A stretch of 45,060 nt of DNA from Bdellovibrionota bacterium (lineage in GTDB: Bacteria > Bdellovibrionota_C > UBA2361 > JBGSMV01), in assembly GCA_044356455.1 (NCBI GenBank), contig JBIKWF010000025.1, forward strand, positions 1 through 45,060, read 5' to 3'. Under the pieces are notes generated by a model. That model searched no databases, had not been told where the DNA came from, and saw nothing but the letters and a program-made list of their open reading frames with translations. Both the position numbers and the translations under genes were made by a program. Positions 17,752 through 27,840 of this stretch are shown piece by piece (the first letter of the stretch is position 1; each line of letters begins with the position of its first letter).

Positions 17752-18636
17752 TCAAGGCAAAAGTGCTATGTTATCGAGAAGCCGCACTCCGCCTACCGTG
17801 GCTGCTACTAAGAGCCGCGCCGGCTCCGCCACACTCGTAAGAGGATGAAGCGTCTTTTCTGAAACGACCGCTACATATTGCGGCTCAATGAGCGGGGATG
17901 ACTCAAGCGCTTCTTTTACCTGTGCTACGAGTAAGGAAGAATCCTTCTGGCCCTTCTTGCAACTCTCCTCTGCACGAAAGAGTCCTTGGCTAAGTAAACG
18001 CGCCGCAACTCTGGCATCCGGGGAAAGACGCACATTCCTGGAGCTCATGGCAACTCCATCCTCTTCCCGCACCAAAGGACCGCGAACAATTGCAGTGCCA
18101 AACTTGAGGTCCGCAACCATTTGCTCAATAAGCCGCAATTGCTGGAAGTCTTTCTCTCCAAACACGGCAACATCTGCCTGAACAAGATTAAATAGAATGG
18201 AAACGACGGTGCTTACCCCGCGAAAATGTCCAGGTCTCTGGGCACCCTCCCAAGGAACACTCAACTCTTCAACAGAGACCCAGCTTTGAAAGTCATGCTC
18301 AGTGTTCCCAGGACCACGAGCCGCGCCTGACCCGCTGCCGTAAATAACTTCAGGGGTAGGGAGGAAAAGCGCGTCGGTTCCTACCTCGGAGAGAATCTTA
18401 GAATCTCTCGCGATGTCGATTGGATATGCTTCAAAATCTTTCTTGTCGTTAAACTGGGTTGGGTTTACGAAAATCGAGACCACCACGAAATCTGCCTCGC
18501 GTTTCGCAAGCTTTACAAGGCTTACATGCCCTTCATGTAAGAATCCCATAGTAGGGACAAACCCAATCCGCAGGCCTTTTTGCCTGGCCGAGCGGACACA
18601 AGAACGAAGTTCTGCTGCGGAAACTACCTTTTGCAT
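17752..18636 (-). CDS. panC: Pantoate--beta-alanine ligase
   Basis: FVPTMGFLHEGH, SIFVNPTQF, RPGHFRGV, FGEKDFQQ, MSSRN, RLLDN. Start at 18636 or 18666. Confidence 0.97.
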   Translation of the reverse strand: MQKVVSAAELRSCVRSARQKGLRIGFVPTMGFLHEGHVSLVKLAKREADFVVVSIFVNPTQFNDKKDFEAYPIDIARDSKILSEVGTDALFLPTPEVIYGSGSGAARGPGNTEHDFQSWVSVEELSVPWEGAQRPGHFRGVSTVVSILFNLVQADVAVFGEKDFQQLRLIEQMVADLKFGTAIVRGPLVREEDGVAMSSRNVRLSPDARVAARLLSQGLFRAEESCKKGQKDSSLLVAQVKEALESSPLIEPQYVAVVSEKTLHPLTSVAEPARLLVAATVGGVRLLDNIALLP

Positions 18637-18751
18637 GAGACGCCTGTGATTTTCTGAGATCCTCATACCTTAAGAGGACTTGCCCCACGACAACGAGGCA
18701 GTTTCCTACCATGTTGCAGACCGAGCTCCAATGGACTAATCAACATGCATC

Positions 18752-20047
18752 ATGCAGATGACACCCCCACCCGCCCAGCCTCGTTTGTCTCCACATTACG
18801 CTTGCCGGACAATTCGGAAGTTCCCGCTGCGCAAATCCTATCTTGGGGACCTACTGCTTTACCTATCCTGCGCGTGTATGCCTTTCACGGCGCACGTCTC
18901 TTTTCTTACTCCCCTGCTCGTGGCCCCGGCACTGCTTAGCGGATGCTCGAGCACCGATAGCCCCGATCCTGAGCCAGTGGCTGAAGAGCTAAAAGACAAG
19001 TCAAAACCCGCAATCGACACCCCAGAAGCCGAGCTGCTCGCTGACTCGATGCGCTACTACCAGGCAGGCCTCTATAGCGTTGCCATTGATTCCTTCGAGA
19101 AACTGCGAGACGGATATCCCCTTGGGCCGTACGCCGAGCTTGCTGATATCAAAGTAGCTGATGCCAATTTCGAATCGTCGAATTTTACTGCCGCAGCCGG
19201 ATTTTACGAGGAATTCCTGAAAAGTCGCCCGGATTCCCAGGCCGTTCCTTATGTGCTTTTAAGGGCTGCAAGGAGCAATCAATTAGCGAATCGAGGCATA
19301 GGAAGAGACGCAGCTTCCCTGCAAAAGGCGCTTGAATTCTACGATCAACTCCTTAACAAATTCCCCTCATCTCCCTACTCAGAGGGGGCCGCCGTTTACC
19401 GCCAGCAAACACGTGATTTGCTAGCAGCAAACGAGAAGGCAATTCTTGAATTTTACAAAAAGCGTGACAAACAGATGGCTTACGAAGCTCGCCAGAAGGA
19501 GTTCGCAAGCCGCTTCGGAAAGGCTAGCGATGAATTTGAGCTCGCTGAGGACGCTTTGCCAGTCGCTGAAAAGCTCCCCCCAGCGCCCCAAGGTACCCGG
19601 GTCCTCGTCGAAACTAACCTCGCGGGAAGCGATGCCAAACTACCGAGGACGGAACTTGTAAATTCCGGAGCGCGGGGGGCGAATACTCTTAGCCGAGGAA
19701 ACACATCAGCAGCTGCCGCAAACAGTCTCTTTGTAAGGTTCCTCGAGTGTAATAAATCCCAGCGCCTCGTGCTCTTGCATTTAAGTACCGATCTTGGGAC
19801 TCGAGGCAGCATCGAATCCCAAAGCCCTATTGTCCGTGAAACCTTAGGTAACAACAGAGCCCAGGGGCTAGCCTTGCGTGTGCCGGGACTTAAGACCCTT
19901 GAAAATGCCCCCTTGGAAAAAGACTGCTTTGGGACGCGAGATCTAACCGTGCTCCCGAGCGGAGAGGTTCGCCTTACCACAGAGGCTGGCGAAGCAGAGG
20001 TAATGGAATTAACTAACCCACCTCGAATCCTAATCGCCCTTAAATAG
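18752..20047 (+). CDS. bamD: BamD-like TPR lipoprotein with C-terminal extension
   Basis: Lipobox LSGC, TPR pattern YPLGPYAELADIKVAD..F, RD...ALE..QLL.KFPSSPY, E..I.EFYKKR. The start may be ATG 18878. Confidence 0.8.
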   Translation: MQMTPPPAQPRLSPHYACRTIRKFPLRKSYLGDLLLYLSCACMPFTAHVSFLTPLLVAPALLSGCSSTDSPDPEPVAEELKDKSKPAIDTPEAELLADSMRYYQAGLYSVAIDSFEKLRDGYPLGPYAELADIKVADANFESSNFTAAAGFYEEFLKSRPDSQAVPYVLLRAARSNQLANRGIGRDAASLQKALEFYDQLLNKFPSSPYSEGAAVYRQQTRDLLAANEKAILEFYKKRDKQMAYEARQKEFASRFGKASDEFELAEDALPVAEKLPPAPQGTRVLVETNLAGSDAKLPRTELVNSGARGANTLSRGNTSAAAANSLFVRFLECNKSQRLVLLHLSTDLGTRGSIESQSPIVRETLGNNRAQGLALRVPGLKTLENAPLEKDCFGTRDLTVLPSGEVRLTTEAGEAEVMELTNPPRILIALK

Positions 20048-20179
20048 TCTTAAAGTAGAGCTCCAAAACGCCTGAGATTGGTGCTCTACCTAGGTCTGAG
20101 CTACTATTTTGACAAACATCGTTCTGGGATAAGCAATTGAGATTGCGGATCTCCCTCGAGCATCGTTACATAGCTTACA

Positions 20180-21094
20180 ATGAACTTTGCATTCTCTCTT
20201 AACCGCTTTGAATCAATTAACTTTCAGCGATTCTTAAGGCGCAATGCAGTGACCCGTGCGGTTTACTGCGGGAAGATTGCATTAGCCCTATTCGCCGTTG
20301 CCTCACTTGTCGTGCTCGCCTACCGCGTTTATACGCTCTCTAGCGCTACTGATACCCAGCTAAGCGACTTTAAGCAGCGACTCGAGTCTCAAAACGCCGC
20401 TTCTGAAACCACCGCGCCGAAAAAAGAACCTAAGCAGTTTGGCGTGATCGCCCAGAAAGCAATTTTTGGGTCTCTTGGGCAGCCAACTACTCCGCAAGCA
20501 AAACCGACACCTCGGCCCGGAGCGTCAACTCAGTTCTCTCTTATTGGAACGTTTGTTTCTCCCGGCCAAGCCTCATTTGCCATCATTGAGGAACAAAAGA
20601 AGAAGCAGCAGGAAGTTTTCCTGCTAAGCGATAGCGTCTTTGGGGAAGCCAAGCTAACTGCTATCCTCTCGGATCGAGTAGAGATTAATCGAAATGGGCA
20701 GACTGAAGTTTTGATGCTCGACACGGGGCCAGATACCAGTGGCCCTGTGGAAGGTGGAGTCGCGCTAACTTCGGCTGATGAATACGCAGTAGATGAGGCT
20801 GAGCTCGATAAAGCGCTCGAAAATCTCCCACTGCTTCTGACTCAGGCTCGAGCAGTGCCCTTCTTTAAGGAAGGTCGTGCGGTTGGTCTGCGCTTGTTTG
20901 CTATTCGAGCGGGGAGCTTGTTCGAGAAAATTGGTCTCCAGAATGGTGACGTATTGAAAACGGTAAATGGGAACAGCTTGGCCGACCTTTCTCAAGCCAT
21001 GACACTCTTCCAGAAGTTGAAGGATGAGCGTTCAATTGGGCTCGTGCTTGAGAGAAATTCGGTTGAGCGCCAAATGCGTTATCAGATTAAGTAA
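20180..21094 (+). CDS. gspC: Type II secretion protein C (HR + PDZ)
   Basis: One TM helix, HR domain (LIGT..AIIE..I..DRVEI.RNG), PDZ domain (GLQNGDVLKTVNG), first gene before the secretin. Confidence 0.9.
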   Translation: MNFAFSLNRFESINFQRFLRRNAVTRAVYCGKIALALFAVASLVVLAYRVYTLSSATDTQLSDFKQRLESQNAASETTAPKKEPKQFGVIAQKAIFGSLGQPTTPQAKPTPRPGASTQFSLIGTFVSPGQASFAIIEEQKKKQQEVFLLSDSVFGEAKLTAILSDRVEINRNGQTEVLMLDTGPDTSGPVEGGVALTSADEYAVDEAELDKALENLPLLLTQARAVPFFKEGRAVGLRLFAIRAGSLFEKIGLQNGDVLKTVNGNSLADLSQAMTLFQKLKDERSIGLVLERNSVERQMRYQIK

Positions 21095-21190
21095 GAGGCG
21101 TTAGTCGTCGGTAAGAGGAAAAGGTTCCGCCGCGGATCCCCGCACGAGAGCCTGTAAGGTTAGGACGTCGGAAGAAAGAGGACTCAGCGA

Positions 21191-24163
21191 ATGCGAATTC
21201 AGGTATCGAAATATCTGCTCAGAGATAGCCTGAGCCTAGCCTTCCTTTTCTCTTCTCTTGCGCTGCCTTTCGTGAGCTCGCCTCGCCTGGCACTTGCGCA
21301 GCCCAAAGACCCCAAGGAAGCTGAAACTGGAAGTTCCATTAGCGACGTCAAGGTTGATGAAGAGACCTTGGCGAAAGATAGCTCCACTGAAATAAATGTT
21401 AAAAACGCCGACATTACGGCAATCATCCGCATTTTTAGTAAAAAGACTCGGCGCAATTTCATTCTCGATGAACGCGTCAAAGGTAAAGTCTCCATCTACC
21501 TTCCAGGACGCGTGTCCTCAGAAGAGACCATACGCATTCTTGATTCCGTTCTCGCCTACAAGGGCTTCGCCTCGGTGCCCATTGGCAAGAACTTGTGGAA
21601 GATCATTCCCGCGAAAGAAGCCAAGAGCTCCACGATTCCTACCCAGCGCGACAATCCTGATGGGACTCCTGGGCCTGAAGTGGTGACTCGTCTCGTGCAG
21701 CTTAAATACATCAATGCCGACGAAGTGAGGCAGCTCCTCGCACAGCTTATCTCCACAGACGGCTTTTTAAGTGCCTACGCCGCAACCAACTCACTTGTTC
21801 TCATCGACTCTGAAGACAACATTGCACGGCTTCTCGACATCGTGAACACGATGGATGTGCCCTTCTCGAATCGTGAGATGACCATCATCCCGATAGTGAA
21901 TGCGGAAGCAAAAGACATCGCCGATAAAGTGAACGAACTTCTTGGGCTAGGCGGCACACAGACCTCAGGTGGCGGCACAAGCGGAGCCGGCGGCGCCGGG
22001 AATCTTGATTTCGGTTTAGAACTTGCCCGCGCACGCGTGCGTCAGATGGCCATGCAAAATGCCAACGCGGCCCAAGCCGGCATCAACAATTCACAAGCCC
22101 AAGGAGGAGCAACGGGCGGCGGCGAGGCAGGCTCAAATTCGGTAGGCACACGCGCATCGCAGCCTAAGATTCTTGCTGATGAGCGCACCAATTCGCTCAT
22201 TCTCGTAGCTGACGAAGATACGACCGCGAGAGTGCGAGCGCTGGTCTCGCAGCTCGATAGCAAAGTTGACATGTCAGGGGCTCAGTACTGGGTATACCGC
22301 TGCCAGCACGCGAGCGCTGATGAACTCGCCGATGTACTGGGAGGCCTCGTAGGCAAGGGAGGCTCAAGCAATTCAAGCGGGAGCTCAGGGGGCAGCCAAT
22401 TCGACACGAACACGGATCTTATTAGCGGCGGCTCCTCTGGCAAACAGTCGAGCACCCAGAATCGAATGCGTGGTCAGAGCCGCACGCCAGGGCAGTCCCG
22501 TAATCAGAAAGCCTCCGGCGGAGGTGCTTCCTCAGTTGAACTCTCCGAAGACCTTTCGATTACCGCAGATAAATCAACAAACACTCTCATCATCTTCGGA
22601 AGCAAATCCGACTTCCAAAAGATTAAAGCCCTCCTCGACAAGTTGGACGTAAAGCGTAGGCAAGTTTTAGTAGAAGCCATGTTGCTCGAAGTCGGCATTG
22701 ACGACACCAAGACCACGAACGTGAGCTGGCTCGCCTCGGGCGGCGGCAAAGACGGCGGCTTTTTGGCCTCAAATAATGGTAACAGCATCACTGGACTTCT
22801 TGCGAATCCCGCCGGCATTCAAGACTTTGCCATTGCGGCGGCGAGCGCAGGAACCCTTACTTTGGGCGGCGGAGACAAGGCCATAACGCTCCCAACTCAG
22901 ACGCTGCTCCTCAACGCGGTACGAGCAAATTCTAATGTAAATGTGCTCAGTGCTCCTACCATTCTTACTACGGACAATGAGCAAGCCGAGATTGTGGTAG
23001 GTTCCAATGTTCCCTTTGTGACAAGCGCTGCCACAAACGACCAAAATCTTGGCAACACTTTTAACAACGTTGAGCGCCAAGATGTAGGTATCACCCTGCG
23101 CCTCACTCCTCAGATTAGCTCGGGGGACAGCGTCACCCTAAAAATCTTCACTGAAGTCTCAAGCGTAACCTCTATTGACGAAAAGCTTGGGCCAACAACC
23201 TCCATCCGAACAAGCGAGACCTCAGTCATCACCAAAGACTCTCAGATGATCGTCATCGGCGGTCTCATGTCGGATGACCTCAATGAAAGCGAACGAGGGG
23301 TACCCTTCCTTAAGGATATCCCCGTGCTTGGGCATCTTTTCAAGAACACCACTGAGCGCAGAAGACGCACTAACCTTCTCATTCTTATTACTCCTCGTAT
23401 CATTCGAGATCAGTTTGACGCGCGTGATACCACCATTGCGGCGCGCGACCAGGTCTCCAACGACATCAATGCCCAGGAGATTTACCCAGATCGCTCCGAG
23501 GTCCTGCACAGCAAGAGCATCGATAAGGTATCGGAGGCCAACTCGTATGATGGCCCCATGCCTTCGACCATCTTTGAGCCACAGCACGCGAAAGAAGAGC
23601 CGGTAGCTCCCAAGGCGGAAGAACGCAGTGAAGCTGCAGCTCTGCCTCACGCACAGGTAGAACAATCTGAGGGCGAAGTTCTTGAGTTTAAAGTCGAGCC
23701 TAAATTCGCGCCCCATGAGGAACCGAAAGGCCATCTCGATCCGGCTGCAGCGCCCGGATTTGTGGCCGGAGCAGCCAAGACTGAGACGCTCAGCACTAGC
23801 AGCCCGAAGTTTATAGTGCTGCGTGTCCTGGGGAGCCAAGAAGAACTTGCAAGACTTCCCTTTGCCGGTAGCGTCTCCACGACCGAGAAGGGTAAGTCTG
23901 CTCAGCATGAGGCGTTTGCTGCGGTGACTATTCCCGCAGATTCCGGGGCAAAGGCATCCGAATACTTCAAGGTAGGTACTCGTCGCCACTATCTGCTTGG
24001 GGGAAGCGAAGAAGCCGCGGGATCCGAGATTACGCTCATTCCTGTTGGAGTTTTCTCAAGCGAAGCCGAGGCAAAGAGTTTCTACCCTGACCTCGCCAGC
24101 CGCGGCTGGTACACTCTGTCCCCCTATGAGATGCTTTCGATTGGGGATGGCCCCTGGAAGTAG
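21191..24163 (+). CDS. gspD: Type II secretion secretin
   Basis: N0-N3 domains (NFILDERVKGKV, ADERTNSL, ADKSTNTL), QVLVEA, VGITLRLTPQI, VPFLKDIPVLGHLFK, LITPRII. Confidence 0.95.
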   Translation: MRIQVSKYLLRDSLSLAFLFSSLALPFVSSPRLALAQPKDPKEAETGSSISDVKVDEETLAKDSSTEINVKNADITAIIRIFSKKTRRNFILDERVKGKVSIYLPGRVSSEETIRILDSVLAYKGFASVPIGKNLWKIIPAKEAKSSTIPTQRDNPDGTPGPEVVTRLVQLKYINADEVRQLLAQLISTDGFLSAYAATNSLVLIDSEDNIARLLDIVNTMDVPFSNREMTIIPIVNAEAKDIADKVNELLGLGGTQTSGGGTSGAGGAGNLDFGLELARARVRQMAMQNANAAQAGINNSQAQGGATGGGEAGSNSVGTRASQPKILADERTNSLILVADEDTTARVRALVSQLDSKVDMSGAQYWVYRCQHASADELADVLGGLVGKGGSSNSSGSSGGSQFDTNTDLISGGSSGKQSSTQNRMRGQSRTPGQSRNQKASGGGASSVELSEDLSITADKSTNTLIIFGSKSDFQKIKALLDKLDVKRRQVLVEAMLLEVGIDDTKTTNVSWLASGGGKDGGFLASNNGNSITGLLANPAGIQDFAIAAASAGTLTLGGGDKAITLPTQTLLLNAVRANSNVNVLSAPTILTTDNEQAEIVVGSNVPFVTSAATNDQNLGNTFNNVERQDVGITLRLTPQISSGDSVTLKIFTEVSSVTSIDEKLGPTTSIRTSETSVITKDSQMIVIGGLMSDDLNESERGVPFLKDIPVLGHLFKNTTERRRRTNLLILITPRIIRDQFDARDTTIAARDQVSNDINAQEIYPDRSEVLHSKSIDKVSEANSYDGPMPSTIFEPQHAKEEPVAPKAEERSEAAALPHAQVEQSEGEVLEFKVEPKFAPHEEPKGHLDPAAAPGFVAGAAKTETLSTSSPKFIVLRVLGSQEELARLPFAGSVSTTEKGKSAQHEAFAAVTIPADSGAKASEYFKVGTRRHYLLGGSEEAAGSEITLIPVGVFSSEAEAKSFYPDLASRGWYTLSPYEMLSIGDGPWK

Positions 24164-24275
24164 TAGTTCGGGCTTGACGCTCGTGTCGATGCCGCCGGAT
24201 TCGTGGGTCGTCCGGAACGTAGGACGCGAAGCCTAAGGTTAGAGAATTGATTGATTTCTTAGAGAGCAAGAATTC

Positions 24276-25946
24276 GTGAGCAACGTTCCGTCAGATCCAG
24301 CAGGGTCTCTAGGCCAAGGCGAAGAAGGAGCAGGCGCTGCTCTTGCCGCTCCGGTTGCCTCGAAAACAAACTCTGCAAGACTGGTTGCCCAGCTACTTGG
24401 GCTCATGTTTCTTGAGCGCCTGCCAGATCCTTCCCCTCCTCGCGATCTTAAACGCGGAGACTTCGATCGAATTGTTGGCTCATGGGGCAGGCAAGCATCC
24501 ACAATCCCGATTAGCCTAGAGGGTGACACCGTCGTCGTCGCAACCTCCGATCCGCACCAAATCGATGCCGTGGATCAACTGCGTCTCTGCTACGGCAGGC
24601 CAGTAAAGGTCGTAGTTACCACCCAGGATGAAATTCAGCGCGCCATTAATGCTATTCGTACCAGCCTGATGAGCGATCGCTCCTCAAGTCTCAACACCAG
24701 CGAGAACAAAGAGGATAACGGAGACTTTGATGCACCGCTCAAGGTTGATGTTACTGACGCGGAAGACGATGACGCGCCGATTATTCGCTACGTAAATGCG
24801 ATAATTTTCAAGGCGAACTCCGAACGCGCTTCAGACGTTCACATCGAATCTTTTGAAGATCGCTTGAAGGTACGGTTCCGCGTCGACGGTGTGCTCAATG
24901 ATGTCGCAACCGAAGATAAGGCGTTCCAAGCCTCTATTATTTCCCGTCTCAAAGTTATGGCGGGGCTTAACATTGCCGAAAAGCGCCTGCCTCAAGACGG
25001 AAGAATTGGTCTTAAGATTGCTGGCCGTGACGTAGATATCCGCGTATCCACCGTTCCTACCCAATTCGGCGAACGAGTGGTGCTCCGTCTGCTCGACAAA
25101 ACAGCCACCGTGCTTGAGCTTGGGCAACTTGGCATTGAAGGCAAAAACCGCGAGACCGTTGAAAAATTAATTCGGAAGCCTAATGGCATTGTGCTCGTCA
25201 CGGGGCCTACGGGATCCGGAAAGACGACAACTCTCTATTCCTGTCTTGCACTGATTAATACGCCAGATCTCAACATCCTCACCGTTGAGGATCCTATCGA
25301 GTATCAACTCGATGGCATTGGGCAAATGCAGGTAAATCCCAAGATTAGTTTCACCTTTGCGAATGGGTTACGCGCAATTTTGCGTCAGGACCCCGATGTG
25401 GTGATGGTCGGTGAAATTCGCGATACGGAAACCGCTGAAATAGCGATTCAGGCCTCGCTTACGGGACACTTAGTTCTTTCTACTCTGCACACCAACGACT
25501 CAGCGGGCGCTATTACCCGCCTCTTGGACATGGGAATTGAGCCTTTCCTCGTCGCATCGAGTCTTCTCGCCGTTATGGCACAGCGACTGGTACGCAGACT
25601 TTGCCCTGCGTGCAAAGAACCCTATGAGATTACGGATAGCGAACTGCGTGAACTTGGCGCGAATCCGGCGACCACTCCTTCTCGGGTCGCTTACCGCGCA
25701 GGCTCTCGAGAATGCAGCGTGTGTCATAACGTGCGCTACACGGGCCGAACCGGAATTCATGAGATGCTCATGATTGATGAGGAAATTCGCAGCCTGATCC
25801 TTCAGCGTGTGGACTCAAACCGCATCAAGAGCGCCGCGGCGCAGCGCGGATTTATTACCCTGCGTGCGGACGGGGCCCAAAAAGTGCTTTCAGGTACTAC
25901 CTCGGTAGAAGAAGTACTCCTGGCGACCCATGAAGAGTTGAGCTAA
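24276..25946 (+). CDS. gspE: Type II secretion ATPase
   Basis: ASDVHIE, EKRLPQDGR, GPTGSGKTT, LRQDPDVVMVGEIRD, tetracysteine CPAC/CSVC. Confidence 0.96.
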   Translation: MSNVPSDPAGSLGQGEEGAGAALAAPVASKTNSARLVAQLLGLMFLERLPDPSPPRDLKRGDFDRIVGSWGRQASTIPISLEGDTVVVATSDPHQIDAVDQLRLCYGRPVKVVVTTQDEIQRAINAIRTSLMSDRSSSLNTSENKEDNGDFDAPLKVDVTDAEDDDAPIIRYVNAIIFKANSERASDVHIESFEDRLKVRFRVDGVLNDVATEDKAFQASIISRLKVMAGLNIAEKRLPQDGRIGLKIAGRDVDIRVSTVPTQFGERVVLRLLDKTATVLELGQLGIEGKNRETVEKLIRKPNGIVLVTGPTGSGKTTTLYSCLALINTPDLNILTVEDPIEYQLDGIGQMQVNPKISFTFANGLRAILRQDPDVVMVGEIRDTETAEIAIQASLTGHLVLSTLHTNDSAGAITRLLDMGIEPFLVASSLLAVMAQRLVRRLCPACKEPYEITDSELRELGANPATTPSRVAYRAGSRECSVCHNVRYTGRTGIHEMLMIDEEIRSLILQRVDSNRIKSAAAQRGFITLRADGAQKVLSGTTSVEEVLLATHEELS

Positions 25947-25952
25947 CCGCTA

Positions 25953-27179
25953 ATGCCTGTTTTTGAATACATTGCCTTAAGTCCTCAAGGGAAAACCTCT
26001 AAAGGGACTATTGACGCCGAGAATATTCGGGTTGCTCGTCAGCGCCTCAGAGCTCAGGGAGTATTTCCCACCGACATTAAAGAAGGCATGGCAGCTCGCA
26101 AAGCGGCCACACGAGATATCAGAAAATATTTTCAGTCCGATAGAGTATCGACGGGCGATCTTGCTATCGCCACACGCCAGCTCGCGACGCTTTCTGGAGC
26201 GGGACTGCCCTTAGTGGCAGCTCTCGCAGCCCTTGCAGATCAAACTGAGGCGGTAACTCTTAAACGCGTTATTATTGATGTTAAAGAGAAGGTCGAAGAG
26301 GGCTCCTCCTTGGCAAAGGCCATGGGTAATTTCCCCAAGTCCTTTCCTAAGCTCTATATCAACATGGTCGCTTCAGGCGAAGCATCCGGAACCCTCGATG
26401 CGGTTCTCGACAATTTAGCGGACTATCTCGAAGGACAGCTTGAGCTACAGCGCAAAGTGACCTCCGCGCTCACCTATCCCGCTCTGATGCTCGTCATCTG
26501 CACACTGGTAGTAGTGGTGCTGCTCGTTTTTGTAGTGCCTAAAATCGTCGATATCTTCATTAAGCAAAAGATTGCACTGCCTGTCCCTACTCGCATCATG
26601 CTTGGAATTTCTAACGGCATAGTGAATTGGTGGTGGCTTATTGCGGCTGGTATTTTTGGGGCTATCTCCCTCCTTCGCTGGTATTACCGCCAGCCGCAAG
26701 GTCGGCAGGTAATTGACCGATTTATCCTGAGCGTCCCCATCTATGGCCCCATTTTTGTGAAAGTGAACACCGCACGCGTCATGCGCACCTTGGGAACTCT
26801 GCTTTCTAGCGGAGTGGGCCTACTTGGCGCGCTCGAAATCACCCGAAACCTCGTAAGCAACGTGCACCTGGTTAAAACCTTAGAAGACGCCCGAGAAGGT
26901 GTTCAGGAAGGTCGCTCTCTTGCAAAGGAATTTTCAAAATCCGGCCTCTTCCCTCCTATGGTGGGTCATATGATTGCGATTGGTGAAAAAAGCGGCGAGT
27001 TAGAGTCCATGCTTGGCAAGGTTGGCAAGATATACGAGAGCGAAGTAAACGCCGTCTTAGGAGGCATTACCCGCATTATTGAGCCTCTCATGATGGTCGG
27101 GGTAGGCATCGTCGTGTTCAGCATCGTCATGTCAGTGCTTATGCCTATGACGGAGCTTATCAATATGGTCCAGCAGTAA
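25953..27179 (+). CDS. gspF: Type II secretion inner-membrane platform protein
   Basis: RQLATL..AGLPL, GEASGTLD, ALTYP, GEKSGEL, IEP. Confidence 0.95.
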   Translation: MPVFEYIALSPQGKTSKGTIDAENIRVARQRLRAQGVFPTDIKEGMAARKAATRDIRKYFQSDRVSTGDLAIATRQLATLSGAGLPLVAALAALADQTEAVTLKRVIIDVKEKVEEGSSLAKAMGNFPKSFPKLYINMVASGEASGTLDAVLDNLADYLEGQLELQRKVTSALTYPALMLVICTLVVVVLLVFVVPKIVDIFIKQKIALPVPTRIMLGISNGIVNWWWLIAAGIFGAISLLRWYYRQPQGRQVIDRFILSVPIYGPIFVKVNTARVMRTLGTLLSSGVGLLGALEITRNLVSNVHLVKTLEDAREGVQEGRSLAKEFSKSGLFPPMVGHMIAIGEKSGELESMLGKVGKIYESEVNAVLGGITRIIEPLMMVGVGIVVFSIVMSVLMPMTELINMVQQ

Positions 27180-27339
27180 CATGCTTCAGCCGCTGGTTAC
27201 GCGGCCTTACAGAAGAAAGTAGCGGAGCACCAGAACCCCCCTGAGCAGGGTCAGACGCTCGCCTTGTGGATTTCGTGTTTCTTGTTTACTATTGAAGACT
27301 TACACCCTCAGTGCTGTTTTCGACTCGGAGGTACATTTC

Positions 27340-27840
27340 ATGGCTACATCCCTCTCCCCGCTTCCACGAGCTCGGGCTTTTTTACGGCAATTGATGCCTT
27401 CCCCTCGCATCCTTTTTGGGAAAAGAAGTTACCGCGCTCGATCAGAGCGCGGACTTACCCTGATTGAAATCATGGTAGTTCTCATCATTCTAAGTCTCGT
27501 TATGGCATGGCTCGGCACAGGCCTCTTTGCCAAGGGCGACGAAGCCAAGCAGAGGCTCACGCAGCTTAAGATAAAGGAGATTGGAAATCTTATTGGACAG
27601 TTCCAGCTCCAATATAACAAGCTCCCCAACTCCTTTGACGATCTCACGAAGTGCACCGAGCTTACGGGTCAAAATTGCATCGCAGTGACTAGTGACGACA
27701 AACTCCTCGACGCATGGAGCGGGAAGTTTGTTTACTCACTTGAAGAAGGCGGCCGTCGCTACCGCGTCAAGAGCTTAGGAAGAGACGGCAAAGAAGGCGG
27801 GGAAGGTGCAGATGCTGATCTCTTTGGTACCGGTCCGTGA
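27340..27840 (+). CDS. gspG: Major pseudopilin
   Basis: GGAGGT ribosome-binding site before ATG 27340, G|LTLIEIMVV, DAWSGKFVY, SLGRDGKEGGEGADADL. Confidence 0.9.
   Translation: MATSLSPLPRARAFLRQLMPSPRILFGKRSYRARSERGLTLIEIMVVLIILSLVMAWLGTGLFAKGDEAKQRLTQLKIKEIGNLIGQFQLQYNKLPNSFDDLTKCTELTGQNCIAVTSDDKLLDAWSGKFVYSLEEGGRRYRVKSLGRDGKEGGEGADADLFGTGP

Noticed and set aside
20109..20137. TTGACA upstream of gspC as a sigma70 promoter
   Set aside because: No convincing -10 hexamer at 16-18 bp spacing.
23222..23989. Long antisense ORFs (also 5883-6437, 7390-7959, 8248-8757, 19480-19980)
   Set aside because: They are shadows of well-supported genes on the opposite strand and carry no motifs.
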